Shown here: one piece after another, positions 1-15,764 of the stretch
Numbering within the stretch: position 1 is the first letter of the stretch
Layout: every line of letters starts with the position of its first letter
Source: the human T2T-CHM13v2.0 reference genome, Homo sapiens
Strand: one strand, 5' to 3'
NCBI RefSeq assembly: GCF_009914755.1
Contig: NC_060925.1
Length of the DNA stretch: 64,000 nt
Translations under genes and position numbers: made by a program
The notes under the pieces: model-generated
What the model was told of the DNA's origin: nothing
The model's database searches: none
What the model saw: the letters and a program-made list of their open reading frames with translations, nothing else

Positions 1-29
1 AATAAATAAATAAATAAATAAAATAAAAA
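1..29 (+). repeat. (AATA)n simple repeat, probably the tail of a retroposon upstream of the window
   Basis: aataaataaataaataaataaaataaaaa at the window edge. Confidence 0.7.
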
Positions 30-959
30 GGACTTTGAGGAGATGTGTTAATCAAAGGAGCTGAAATCCCTCATTCGGGTCTGCCCTGCCAGGTGCTGGG
101 CCCCTGCTCAGCTTGCCCCAATCCTCTCTCCTGAAGCAGGTGGTCTCGCTTTCCCCGCAGCTGCTACCCATGGTACCCAGTCAGTGAGGGAATGCTGTTT
201 GGCTCGCTGCTCTGTTTCGGGGGTAGAGGTTGGGTCAGGGGTGCCTCTCTCCCTCACTCTGGGGTCAATTCTCATCCTGCCTTGAGATTCCAGGTCTGAA
301 CTCTGAAATGGGGGACAGCTTCATTCTTATGATACTGGGCCAATAGTCAGGGGCCTGGGTTCCACTGCTGTGGCTATCAGAATGGGGTCTGCAGGTGGAT
401 TTGTTCTTGTACAAGGAATAGCCCTGTACAAGTGGGCAGGTGGAGGTGTTCATGCGCACTCTGAATAGATGCTGGTGGCTGTTGGGATGTCCTAGGTCAC
501 TGTGAGGTTCTGTGATTGTGCTTTTGAAGTAGATCAAGTAGGATCCTAGTTAACTTTTGGCTTTTCCTTTGTCCTCCAAATGTCTTTGGGGATGGTAATG
601 TCTGTTCTACTGGTTTCCTGAAGAGTGAGCTGCCTTCTAAATTTTATATAGTAAAATCCTTAAGATCATTTAAATTTCCCATATGGAACTTCGTATTTTT
701 GGATCTCAACTGCATGCTCCTTTCTTTCCCCTCCAAACAAAAGTCTCCTGTTTGAGTTTTTAATGTCAGAACTTGAGGGGCTTACTCTTTAAGTAAGTGT
801 ATTTGTAATTTCTTGTATTCACCTGGTTACTAAAGCTATCACAGATCAGAAACTTGGAATACCATGGTTTTTGGTCTTCAAAATGCTTTCGTCAGCATTA
901 TTTCGTGCAAGCCTCACCTCCCCCACCTCCGGAAAGGAGGTTGGGTAGATTTTTTATTT

Positions 960-1065
960 TTATCATCATTTTTCCACAGATGGGAACATCGAGGCACAGA
1001 TGGGCTGGGGCACACGTAGAGTCAGGGCATAGCTGGGATTAGAACCTGGAGTCTCCGCCAAATGC
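960..1065 (-). mobile_element. MIR SINE fragment
   Basis: attttt-ccacagatgggaacatcgaggcacaga...gctgggattagaacctgg resembles the reverse complement of the MIR core. Confidence 0.6.
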
Positions 1066-1299
1066 TATTCCCCAGAGACCTCAGCCAGGGAGCGAGGCGC
1101 TTCTCCAACGTCAGGGTGTAGAGTCCCGTCTTTGTCTTCTCATCAGCCCAGAGCTGTGGCGCTGTGGGTGTAATGCGCTTGGCACAGGGAAGCCAGGGAT
1201 TCCAGGAGCAGGAACCTCAGACTCATGCCAGAGATTGTCCTACAGGAGGGGTCACCTGGGGCCGGGGATATCTAACCCACAGAGAGAAAAGGGCCCCTG

Positions 1300-1880
1300 C
1301 AGGCTCTGCGCACCGGCGCCCGTGCAGCCCTCCCCACGGATCACTGTTCCTGGACTGAATGAATTGCTCTATGACCTACAGACTAGCAGTCCCTTCGGTG
1401 TTACGCCCTTCCTTCCACCTTCTCTCCCTTTTGTCACCCCGGGTGCCCTCTGGGCCTCCAGGCTCTTGTAGGCCGCCTCCGCCGCCGATTCCGCAGATGG
1501 CCACTGGGTGGCGCCCGCGGCGTGCGGGCCGGGCCTTGGCGCTGACTGGGGCGGTGCGTCCAGCCTGCAGCTTCCCGGACCCCCAGCCCGCAGCGGGGCT
1601 GCTGGGGCCCCTTCCGCGAGCCTGGGGGCCTGGCGGAGCTGGACGAGGCTCAGGGTCACTTACAGAGAGACAGAGGTGGGTGGGTGGGGACGCTGGAGGT
1701 GGGACGGGGTGTGGGGAAGGGGAGGACGCTCGGAGCTCTGACAAGGCGGTGGTTCTTTTCCCCAGGGAAACCCTTTCGGGGTGGAACGGGCTGAACCGTT
1801 ACCTTGGAAGAGCAGAGGAGAAAACGGTCTCTGCCCACAGAGTGATCTGGGGAGTGGAGGGTTGGGGGGCGGGGGTATCT
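1300..1880. promoter_or_regulatory. CpG/GC-rich island, candidate promoter or insulator
   Basis: Dense CpGs (ccgccgccgattccgc, gcgcccgcggcgtgcgggccggg) in an otherwise CpG-depleted window; GC boxes near 1548 and 1867; CTCF-like motif at 1498-1516. Confidence 0.7.
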
Positions 1881-1889
1881 TCCTTATCT

Positions 1890-2055
1890 GTTTAGCACAT
1901 ATAGCGCTTACTGCGTGCCAGGTACTTTACAAATGTTAACTCATTTAATTCTCAGGACAACCCCACAGACCCCGTTTTACAGCGGAGGACGCAGAGGCAC
2001 AGGTTACCTAGTAAGTAGCAGAACCTGGACTCTACCCCAGGTAGCCCAGCTCTCC
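1890..2055 (-). mobile_element. MIR SINE
   Basis: agcgcttactgcgtgccaggtactttacaaatgttaactcatttaattctcaggacaaccc...cccgttttacag. Confidence 0.75.
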
Positions 2056-2139
2056 TGCTGCCTCCCCTCCCTCCTCATAGGGTGGGTAGGAGATGCGGGA
2101 GGGAGGCAGGTGTACACCCTCAGCGTTTATGGCCTCCTG

Positions 2140-2330
2140 CTTCATTCACTACCTCATTCATTCACTCAACAAATCTTGGTGCGGGGCTTCCTGCTGCCCA
2201 GGTGTGGTGCTTGCACTACCGTGGTTAGTGAAGCCAGCCACAGTCCTTGTCCTTGTGGACCTGGTGGGGGAGACAGAGATTACTCAACTAATCACACTAA
2301 CCACGTTCTCCAGATGAGCGTTCTAGAGAA
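2140..2330 (-). mobile_element. L2 LINE 3' end
   Basis: ttcattcattcactcaacaaat...tgcccaggtgtggtgct. Confidence 0.6.
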
Positions 2331-2819
2331 ATGAACGCGCTCTCCCTCGCAGCCGCCTCTTCCTCTTGGTCCACTCTATCCCTCCCATCCCAGGCCCACT
2401 GGCTTACCTGGCCCAGATGTGTCTGCTGAGATTCTAGCTCAGAGCTGAAGGGTGGACGGTGACTTGACTTTGTTGCACAGCCCTTGGGGACTCCCAAGGC
2501 GGACCACATCCATTGTCTTTTTTGGTCTTGTCCAGGGCAAGCTGCTGTGAGTCTCTTGGGGAGGCAGACTTTTTAGAAGGAGTGGGTGGTTCAAATCAGA
2601 GAATGTTCTAGGGGAGACTGGAGGGAGTCTTTAGTTTCAAACTGGAATCTGAATCCAGGCTGTCACCTGCTTTGTAGTGTTTGCTGATTTCTGTGACCCA
2701 TCTGTTGGTAGGTTTCAAGCCACCAGTGAGATACCACAGAGCAAACAGCTGGGAAGAGAGGCCCAGAAGTGACTCTCACCAGGCTGTGTGGTGCTCCCGC
2801 ACTCCGCCGGCAGTGTCTC

Positions 2820-2935
2820 TCCCTAGTTGTATGACCTGAGGCAAGTGATTTCACCAATGTAACCTCACTTTCTTCACCTGTAAAATGGGCCAACACCACC
2901 TCTCCCAGGCTGTTCGTGTGAGGATTAAATGACTT
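2820..2935 (+). mobile_element. MIR fragment
   Basis: tgacctgaggcaagtgattt...cacctgtaaaatggg...tgtgaggattaaatga. Confidence 0.75.
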
Positions 2936-3009
2936 AGTGTTGTCTCCCACTTAATTACAATTAATTACATTTAATCCTTAGAATGGCCTTACGCATTCTA
3001 ATTATTTGG

Positions 3010-3132
3010 TTTTATGTCAGTTTTTTCCAATGAACTGCGAACTCCTTGAAGGCAGGGACTATGTCACATTTATCTTTGTATCCCCAGTGTCTAGTACAGA
3101 GCTTGGCACATAGTAGGTACTCAATAAGTGTG
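3010..3132 (+). mobile_element. L2 3' end
   Basis: aactccttgaaggcagggactatgtc...ttggcacatagtaggtactcaataa. Confidence 0.75.
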
Positions 3133-4246
3133 TCCCTTTCAAACCCAAAGCTATAGTCCTGTGCGAGTGAAACATGTGGTCCACCCTTCAGCCTGGGCCT
3201 TCTCTGTGAGCCTGGGGAGGGTGGACCTGTGGACCCTTGCACGGATCCTTCCCAAGGAGCCTGCATGGCTTGTTGAGATTTCAGCTTTTCAAAGTCCTTC
3301 CTGGGAACCATGTGCCGTCTGAGGGCTGGCTGTTGGAGGATCACCCTGAGCACATCCCCTGGGCACCTGGAGCCCCCTGCCCTGGCTGTATATCTGTAGA
3401 GGACAGTTTAGGGGTGGGGTCTGTATCACAGACATGAGCAGGTCCCTGGCTCCTCCCAGCTTCTCAAAATTTCTGGAACAGGGTGTAGGGAACACCAAGA
3501 TAATGATGTCATCACCCAAACCTAAAACATATGCCTATACATGGGAAAGGAGCCACCCTGGTCCTCTCTCCATGAAACATAGAATCCATCCTCAGTCCTG
3601 CCAGCCCTAGCTCGGATGCGGCTTGAAAACCTCCCTGTGAGCTTCCACTGGTGAGATGGGCTGTCCTCACATCTTCTGTGTTCCCTGACACCTCAGCTGC
3701 TGCCACAGGCCCCAGCTTGGCACTACACCCTGCCACCACGAGTTGTACTCCCTTGCACCCCTGCTTCCCTTCCTGTTATCCAGCCACTCCTCTGTCTCTA
3801 GGGCTGTGTCCCTGAGTAAGGGGCTACATGGCCTGGTGAGCAGAGAAAAGAGCTGCAGGGAGGCTGTCAGCTCTCTGCAGGAGGCTGCAGTAACCATGCT
3901 CTTTCTTACTTTCCACGCTATTTGCTTCTCACCACCCGCGCTAGCTCCTCCCCACAACATCTGCTCGGTGGAGGATGCACATGCTGTTCTCCAGGGTGGG
4001 CCTGGAGCATCTCACATCTCCAAGCCCTACAGGTTTCTTCTCCCAAGCAGCCCATTCCCCTCTCCCTCATTCATCAGGATACTGGCCAGGTGTCTTTAAC
4101 ACCTCTTGTCCTCTGTACACTGTATCCCATTAGTCTATAAGTCCTATTGTGCCCACCCTCACTGTTGATTGATTGTGTGCTCTTCTCTCTGTACCCATCA
4201 CCACTGATTTCCCTGGTCAATTCTCACCTGGATGATTGCTGTGAAT

Positions 4247-4248
<2 letters not shown>

Positions 4249-4280
<32 letters not shown>

Positions 4281-4363
4281 AGATGGAGTCTCGCTCTGTC
4301 ACACAGGCTAGAGTGCAGTGGGGCGATCTCGTTTCACTGGAACCTCTGCCTCCTGGATTCCAT
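4249..4363 (-). mobile_element. Strongly 5'-truncated Alu (3' ~80 bp plus poly-A) with TSD
   Basis: T31 then gagatggagtctcgctctgtc...; flanked by attgctgtgaattc (4235-4248) and attgctgtgagttc (4364-4377). Confidence 0.9.
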
Positions 4364-5108
4364 ATTGCTGTGAGTTCCTAATGGGGTCCTCCTGTCTTTA
4401 GTCCTTCCACAGGCTCTACATTTAAGTATGTTCTCCAATGTAAATCATTCGTTTATTCTTTACTTCCATCAATAAACGTGCCAGGTACTGTTCCAGGCAC
4501 GAGGGAGATGGCTGTGAGCAAGACAGGATCTCCAGTGTCCATGGGGCAACCTCTGTCCATAGCGTTCTGGGGGTTTCCAGAACCATGGGGCTAAGGCACA
4601 CATCCCTCGGTTGGCATTTGGAGCATGTCAGTGTCAGTCCTGGACTCTTTTTGCAGCCCCTTGTTTTCCATCACCTGCCTGTGAGCTCAGCTCTGGCCTT
4701 GCTGACCACTCTGCCTTCTCTAAACACACGATGCAATGTCTTAGGTCTGGAGTGCCCTTCTTTACCTTTCCATCCACTCCCTGGCCTCCAGCTCCAATGC
4801 ATCCTGCACGGTGCCTTGCACATGGCTGGTGCTCCCTAACAAGCATTGACTCAAATGGGATTGATGGACTGGGAAAACCAAAGGAGGCCCTCTGTTTGCA
4901 AAACTGAGCTAAGAGTCTCCTGATCTAACCACCTGAGGTCCTGGGAGTCGCCTCTTCATTGTCTTTGTCCAAGCTTTAATCAAAGTAGGATTCTGTTTAC
5001 CTCCCTAGAAATTGTGTTGGTATGTCCTATATAAGTGTTTGCTGTTACTGTTGCTAGAAGCTGACTCTGCTATATCCTTAAAACTTCTTGAAGAACTTAA
5101 TGTCCTTG

Positions 5109-7409
5109 TGATATGGTTTGGCTCTGTGTCCCCACCCAAATCTCATCTTGTAGCTCCCATAATTCCCATGTGTTGTGGGAGGTACTGGGTGGGAGATGAT
5201 CGAATCACAGGATAGGTCTTTCCCATGCTGTTCTTGTGATAGTGAATGGGTCTCATGAGATCTGATGGTTTTAAACACAGGAGTTTCTCTGCACAAGCTC
5301 TCTTTTTGCCTGCTGCCATTCACGTAAGATGTGACTTGTTCCTCCTTTGTTTCCACCATGATTGTGAGGCTTCCCCACTCACGTGGAACTGTGAGTTCTC
5401 CATTGAACCTCTTTCCTTTGTAAATTGCTCAGTCTTGGGTATGTCTTTATCAGCAGTGTGAAAACAGACTAATAGAGTAAGTTGGTACCAGTAGAGTGGG
5501 GTGCTGCTGAAAAGATATCCAAAAATGTGGAAATGACTTTGGAATTGGGCAACAGCAGAGGTTGGAACAGTTTGGAGGGCTCAGTAGAAGACAGTAAAAT
5601 GTGAGAAAGTTTGGAACTCCCCAGAGACTTGTTGAATGGCTTGGACAAAAATGTTGATAGTGATATGAACAATAAGGTCCAGGCTGAGGTGGTCTCAGAT
5701 GAGATGAGGAACTTGTTGGGAACTGGAGCTAAGGTGACTCTTGTTATGTTTTAGCAAAAAGACTGGTGGCATTTTGCCCCTGCCCTAGAGGTTTGTGGAA
5801 CTTTGAACTTGAGAGAGATGATTTAGGGTATCTGGCAGAAGAAATTTCTAAGCAGCAAAGCATTCAAGATGTGACTTGGGTGCTGTTAAAGGCATTCAGT
5901 TTTATAAAGTTTTATAAGGGAAGCAGAGCATAAAAGTTAGGAAAATTTGCAGCCCAACAATGTGATAGAAAAGAAAATCCCATTTTCTGAGGAGATATTC
6001 AAGCTGGCTGTAGAAATTTGTGTAAGTAAAAAGGAGCTGAATGTTAATCCCCAAGACAATGGGGAAAATGTCTCCAGGACATGTCAGAGGTCTTCACAGC
6101 AGCCTCTCCCGTCACAGGCCTCGAGGCCTAGGAGAAAAAAGTGGTTTCGTGGGCTGGGTCCAGGGTCCCCATGCTGTGTGCAGCCTAGGGACTTGGTGCC
6201 TCACATCCCAGCTGCTCCAGCCATGGCTGAAAGGGGCCTACATAGAGCTTGGGCCATGGCTTCAGAGGGTGCAAGCCCCAAGCCTTGGTGGCTTCCATGC
6301 GGCATTGAGCCCACAAGAGCACACAAGTCAAGAACTGGGGTTTGGGAACTTCTGCCTAGATTTCAGAGGATGTATGGAAACACCTAGATGTCCAGGCAGA
6401 AGTTTGCTGCAGGAGCAGCGCCCTTATGGAGAACTTCTGCTAGAGCAGTCCAGAAGGGAAATGTGGGTTGGGAGCCCTGACACAGTCCCTACTGGAGCAC
6501 TGCCTAGTGGAGCTGTGAGAAGAGGGCCACCATCTTCCAGACCCCAGAATGGTAGATCCACTGACAGCTTCTACCATGCACCTGGAAAAGCCACAGACAC
6601 TCACCACCTGCCCATGAAGGCAGCCAGGAGGGAGGCTGTACCCTGCAAAGCCATAGGGGCAGAGCTGTCCAAGACCATAGAAACCCACCTCTTACACCAG
6701 CATGACATGGAGTCAAAGGAGATCATTTTGGAGCTTTAAAATTTGACTGCCCTGCTGGATTTCGGACTTGCATGGGGCCTGTAGCCCCTTTGTTTTGGCC
6801 AGTTTCTCCCATTTGGAATGGCTGTATTTACCCAGTGCCTGTAACCCCACTGTATCTAGGAAGTAACTAACTTGCTTTTGATTGTACAGGCTTATAGGTG
6901 GAAGGGACTTGCCTTGTCTAAGATGAGACTTTGGACTGCGGACTTTTGAGTTAATGCTGAAATGAGACTTTGGGGGACTGTTGTGAAGGCATGAATGATT
7001 TTGAAATGTGAAGATATGAGATTTGGGAGGGTCTGGGGCCAAATGATATGATTTGGCTCTGTGTTCCCACCCAAATCTTATCTTGTACCTCCCATAATTC
7101 CCATATGTTGTGGGAGGGACCCAGTGGGAGATGATCGAATCATAGGGGTGGGTCTTTCCTTTGCTGTTCTTGTGATAGTGAATGGGTCTCGTGAGATCTG
7201 ATGGTTTTAAAAACAGGAGTTTCTCTGCACAAGCCCTCTTTTTGCCTGCTGCTATTCACATAAGATGTGACTTGCTCATCCTTGCCTTCCACCATGATTG
7301 TGAGGCTTCCCCAGCCATGTGGAACTGTAAGTCCAAAAAACCTCTTCCTTTTGTAAATTGCCCAGCCTTGGGTATGTCTTTATCAGCAGCGTGAAAATAG
7401 ACTAATACA
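5109..7409 (+). mobile_element. Full-length THE1A MaLR LTR retrotransposon (5' LTR 5109-5476, internal 5477-7043, 3' LTR 7044-7409)
   Basis: Two ~366-bp LTRs starting tgatatg(g/a)tttggctctgtgt and ending ctaata(g/c)a; THE1A-type tcatcttgtagctccc and gaatgggtctc; perfect 5-bp TSD CCTTG (5104-5108 and 7410-7414); ORF 5947-6387 matches the decayed MaLR internal ORF. Confidence 0.95.
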
Positions 7410-7432
7410 CCTTGTCATGAAAGTATGATTGT

Positions 7433-7718
7433 GGCTGGGCATGGTGGCTCATGCCTATAATCCCAGCACTTTGGGAGGCCAAGGCAGGAAGATTGCTTGA
7501 GTTTGAGACCCCAGCCTGCACAATATAGTGAGACCCCATCTTTACCAAAAATTAGCTGGGAATGGTGGTGCAAGCCTGTGGTCCTAGCTACTTGGGAAGC
7601 TGAGGTGGGAGGATCACTTGAGCCCAGAAGTTCAAGGCTGCAGTGAGCTATGATCGTACCACTGCTCTCCAGCCTGGGTGACAAAGACCCTGTCTCTTAA
7701 AAAAAAAAAAAAAAAAAA
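7433..7718 (+). mobile_element. AluJ
   Basis: Dimeric Alu with J diagnostics (ggatcacttgagccc, gctgcagtgagctatgat) and poly-A. Confidence 0.92.
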
Positions 7719-8020
7719 GAGTAACCAAAAAATAAAAAGTCGAGGAAGAAGGGAAAAAAACACTGGGAATGCCCCACTGGCTGGGAAACTTCTATCAGCC
7801 AATCGCAGATACTGAAGGCTAAATTCCAGTTCAACTTTTTAGGTTACTTACTTTTCCACTCTAGGCCTTATTTTGATCTACTTCTGAGAACTAAAGGAGA
7901 CAACTCATGTAAACAAGCTTAGAACAGTGCCCATATGGTGAGTGCTCAGAAAATATTAGTGAGACACAAATCCAAACACCCCATAGCAGCCTGGAGGAGG
8001 GGACACACCTTCATTCATCA

Positions 8021-8348
8021 TAGGTCACAGTCCCCTATCTGCCATTATGAAGTCCAAAAATCTCCAGATTCTGAAGTTTTCTGTTTGTTTGCAAGAAACT
8101 TTTTTGGTTGCAAAACCTGACCTGAGCTGATGCTGGCCTCTTTATAGTCTTTATCATACTTGGTGTGAATATTCATGCAGTTCTCTGCAGAACTACTAGG
8201 CTGTTTAATTATGAGATGCTAGCTCAGACCCCTATTGGGGATTACAGAGTATAAAGTATATGCACTCCAGTTCTCTCTAAGATTGGAAAATTCTAAGTTC
8301 TGAAATGCATCTGGCTCCAAGGATTTCTGATATGGGATTTTAGACCTG
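8021..8348. mobile_element. TcMar-Tigger non-autonomous DNA transposon (MER46C-like)
   Basis: Degenerate terminal inverted repeats aggtcacagtcccctatc ... gatatgggattttagacctg; internal aaaacctgacctgagctga. Confidence 0.65.
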
Positions 8349-8368
8349 TTTTGGGAAGTGTGTCAGGT

Positions 8369-8895
8369 CATCCCATTACTGGGTATATACCCAAAGGACT
8401 ATAAATCATGCTGCTATAAAGACACATGCACACGTATGTTTATTGCGGCACTATTCACAATAGCAAAGACTTGGAACCAACCCAAATGTCCAACAATGAT
8501 AGACTGGATTAAGAAAATGTGGCACATATACACCATGGAATACTATGCAGCCATAAAAAATGATGAGTTCATGTCTTTTGTAGGGACATGGATGAAAATG
8601 GAAATCATCATTCTCAGTAAACTATCGCAAGGACAAAAAACCAAACACTGCATGTTCTCACTCATAGATGGGAATTGAACAATGAGAACACATGGACACA
8701 GGAAGGGGAACATCACACTCTGGGGACTGTTGTGGGGTGGGGGGAGGGGGGAGAGATAGCATTAGGAGATATACCTAATGCTAAATGACGAGTTAATGGG
8801 TGCAGCACACCAGCATGGCACATGTATACATATGTAACTAACCTGCACATCGTGCACATGTACCCTAAAACTTAAAGTATAATAATAATACAAAA
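8369..8895 (+). mobile_element. 5'-truncated young L1 (L1PA3-like): ORF2 C-terminus, 3'UTR and short A-tail
   Basis: ORF 8358-8678 ([35 protein letters not shown]...); 3'UTR gctaaatgacgagttaatggg, accctaaaacttaaagtataat. Confidence 0.95.
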
Positions 8896-13222
<4,327 letters not shown>

Positions 13223-13361
13223 TCTTACTTCAAATCTAGATCCTCACTGTAACTGAAAATCATTTGGCAACTGTTGGGTCAAATCTTCTGGTATCACCAT
13301 GGCTGAATAAAAGGGATGCCAACTATCAGTACCAAAATGGCATTATTGAAATAGGTACAGA

Positions 13362-13641
13362 GGCTGGGTGCGGTAGCTCGCTCCTGTAGTCTCAGCACTT
13401 TGGAAGGCCGAGGCGGGTGGATCACTGGAGGTCAGGAGTTTGACACCAGCCTGGCCAACATGGTGAAACCCTGTCTCTACTAAAAATACAAAAATTCACC
13501 AGACATGGTGGCGCATGCCTGTAATTCCAGCTACTCGGGTGGCTGAGGCAGGAGAATCACTTGAACCCAGGAGGCGGAGGTTCCCACTGCACTCCAGCCT
13601 GGGTGACAGAATGAGACTCTGTCTCAAAAAAAAAAAAAAAA
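13362..13641 (+). mobile_element. AluS (Sx/Sz-like) with a ~20-bp deletion in the right arm
   Basis: gaggtcaggagtttgacaccagcctggccaacatgg; ggaggttcccactgc lacks gcagtgagccgagatcgcg; TSD remnant aggtacaga on both sides. Confidence 0.92.
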
Positions 13642-13714
13642 GAGAGAGAGGTACAGAATAAACAATTATTTACCTCTCTGGGCCTTGGTGTTCTCATACA
13701 AAATGGGAATAACA

Positions 13715-13950
13715 ATAGCAACTCTCACTGAGCACTTGCTGGGCACTAGACAAAGTTCTAAATCCTTGACATTATTTTATGTAGCTCATTTAATTTTCAC
13801 AACAACCTTACAGGTTATAATATTCTCATTTTGCACATGAGGTAACCGTGGCCCAGAGAAGTTAAATAATTAGACCAAGCTTATCCAGCTGGTAAATGTG
13901 GATCTGAGCTTTGAACCTAGGCAGCTGGGCTTCAGAGCACAAGTTCTAAT
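13715..13950 (-). mobile_element. MIR
   Basis: ctcatttaattttcacaacaacc...cattttgcacatgaggtaaccgtggcccagagaagttaaataa. Confidence 0.8.
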
Positions 13951-13974
13951 GATAGTAGTTCCTTCTCTTCCTTC

Positions 13975-14020
13975 TTCCTTTTCCTGGTAACTGCTTAAAA
14001 GCAGTTACCAGGAAAAGGAA
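13975..14020. repeat. Perfect inverted repeat, 22-bp arms with a 2-nt spacer
   Basis: ttccttttcctggtaactgctt-aa-aagcagttaccaggaaaaggaa; arms are exact reverse complements. Confidence 0.97.
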
Positions 14021-14622
14021 ATTACCATTCACTCTCATTTATTCTTTTAAATAGCTCCACTCCTTCTTTAGCTAACCGAGGGGCTATGAGGGTTAGTTGC
14101 CTTTTCTTCTCCTCTTCATCTGTCCATCCATTTACCTGCCCCTCTATCCATGGACAAGATCAATACAATGTAAACAGCTACAGGGACACCACTTACCAGC
14201 TGTTAGCTACTCTCCTCTCTGAACATCAATTCACTCACCCGTATAAGATAGCATCTCTAATATTTGCCTTACAGACTGCCTGCAAGTATTAAATGAGCTG
14301 TTTTATGTATAATGTCTAGCCTTGAATTCATATTTCTCTGTGTAGTTAAAAGAGACATAATTATATTTTAAAAATTCTACTAGTGGTAGAATTAAAGATT
14401 TCACTAGTGTTCCCACATTCACATTTATTCCAAATCAGTCATGTTTTCATTTTTGAAAACCTTCATCTCACTGTACCCTGGGACAAGCGAATTCTCCAAG
14501 TGTTGAACTGACTAAGGAGCTGATGTCCACCTTGGCCATCACTGTCTTCCTGTGATCAAGGGAGCCATCTGCCTTTCGGATGGCAGGGATTCGGTCACTA
14601 TGGACTGGCTTAGTGTCCTTAC

Positions 14623-14662
14623 CTTCCTGAACTTGCGGTGGACAATGCCGGGCTGCTTCTTC
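14623..14662 (-). other. Candidate 40-nt exon
   Basis: Minus strand cctatccctttcttccag|GAAGAAG...CAGGAAG|gtaagg; strong acceptor and donor; splice signals only. Confidence 0.35.
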
Positions 14663-15080
14663 CTGGAAGAAAGGGATAGGAGGCTTCAGATGTGGCTGTC
14701 CCTTCCTTTTCCAGGGAGGCAGTAGTAGGGAGAGCTTCTGGAGAAGCCAGGTTGGACTGGCCCTGGGGGCAGCTGCAATATGTATCGACTTCTAGGGAGT
14801 GTTCCAACAGCAAGGCCAAGGGCAGTATTTAGAAATTTCTAGTTCCCTGTGCTTCTGATCCTGGACATGGGGTAGTGAGGGGAGGCAGACAGCCTTTAGC
14901 CAGAGACAGCTTGGCACTCAGGCTCCTGCCATCTGGGTTGTGAGTGCTGTGTGTGTATGTGTGTGTCCCTGTGTGTGTGTCTGTTCATAGGTAGACTCTC
15001 CAGCCAGATGTCAGAAGGTCTCAAACCAGGTGCAGGGGAGTTTTTGATCAACTGTCTCCCCAACCACACCCCCAAGCATG

Positions 15081-15200
15081 CCTTCTTCCACCAGTTAAAA
15101 TGTAGAACTAGATTACAATTCAAAAGAAGTTGAATTTTCATACATTTGTTGCCTTATATCTATGATACCAGGTAATACATTTTAAAAATACAGTCCCTAT
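15081..15200 (+). repeat. Copy 1 of a ~120-bp dispersed direct duplication (copy 2 at 17129-17247)
   Basis: caccagttaaaatgtagaactagattaca...gccttatatctatgataccaggtaatacattttaaaaatacagtc occurs at both sites with few mismatches. Confidence 0.93.
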
Positions 15201-15764
15201 TACATAATAATCATCAATGGCCAAAAGAAGAAATAGGCAACACATAAGACAAATAAACAAATCAAAGGCTCACGCTATCTGCTGCAGTCCCTTCCCTAGT
15301 GCCTCAGGAAGGAGGCTGACATTTCTGGATCTCTCTCTGCAGTCTGGGAGCAGGAGGGCACATGGTGAGCTGCAGTGTTGCTCAAGAGTCCAGGCTGCCA
15401 GCAGCCCCCAGCTGAGGCTGAAAGCTGAGCTGAAAGCTTGACTAGCTTGCCCCCATGGAAGCGTTCTCCTCCCAAGAACTCAGAGGCAGGAATGCCCCCA
15501 GATCCCATGTGGAGAACGTGTTGGAGCATCTATCTGGACTTTTAATGCAGCTGGGGAGGAGTGAGCCATTGCTGCTGGAGTTCAGGGAGCAGAGAGTTTT
15601 CCCTATGGGTGAAAAGTCAGGTGGCTGCTCCGGTGAACAGCAAGGCTTATGACACTGTTTGACCTTGAAGGTGTGACTCTAGAAGGAACTTGCAATTACT
15701 GAACACACATTGGTTGGTTATTCTGGCACCCTGCTGAGCCCTGAAGATCCCAAGGTTCACTCCC

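Noticed and set aside
1359-1895. Overlapping 96-178 aa ORFs across the CpG island
   Set aside because: Pro/Gly/Arg/Ala-rich on both strands, as expected from stop-codon scarcity in GC-rich DNA; no recognisable domain.
5185-5210. Possible DUX4 site in the THE1 LTR
   Set aside because: Both LTRs read tgatcgaatca rather than the TAAT-type TAAYYBAATCA motif.
6041-6739. 232-aa ORF
   Set aside because: Lies in the THE1A internal region; alternative-frame MaLR sequence, not a host gene.
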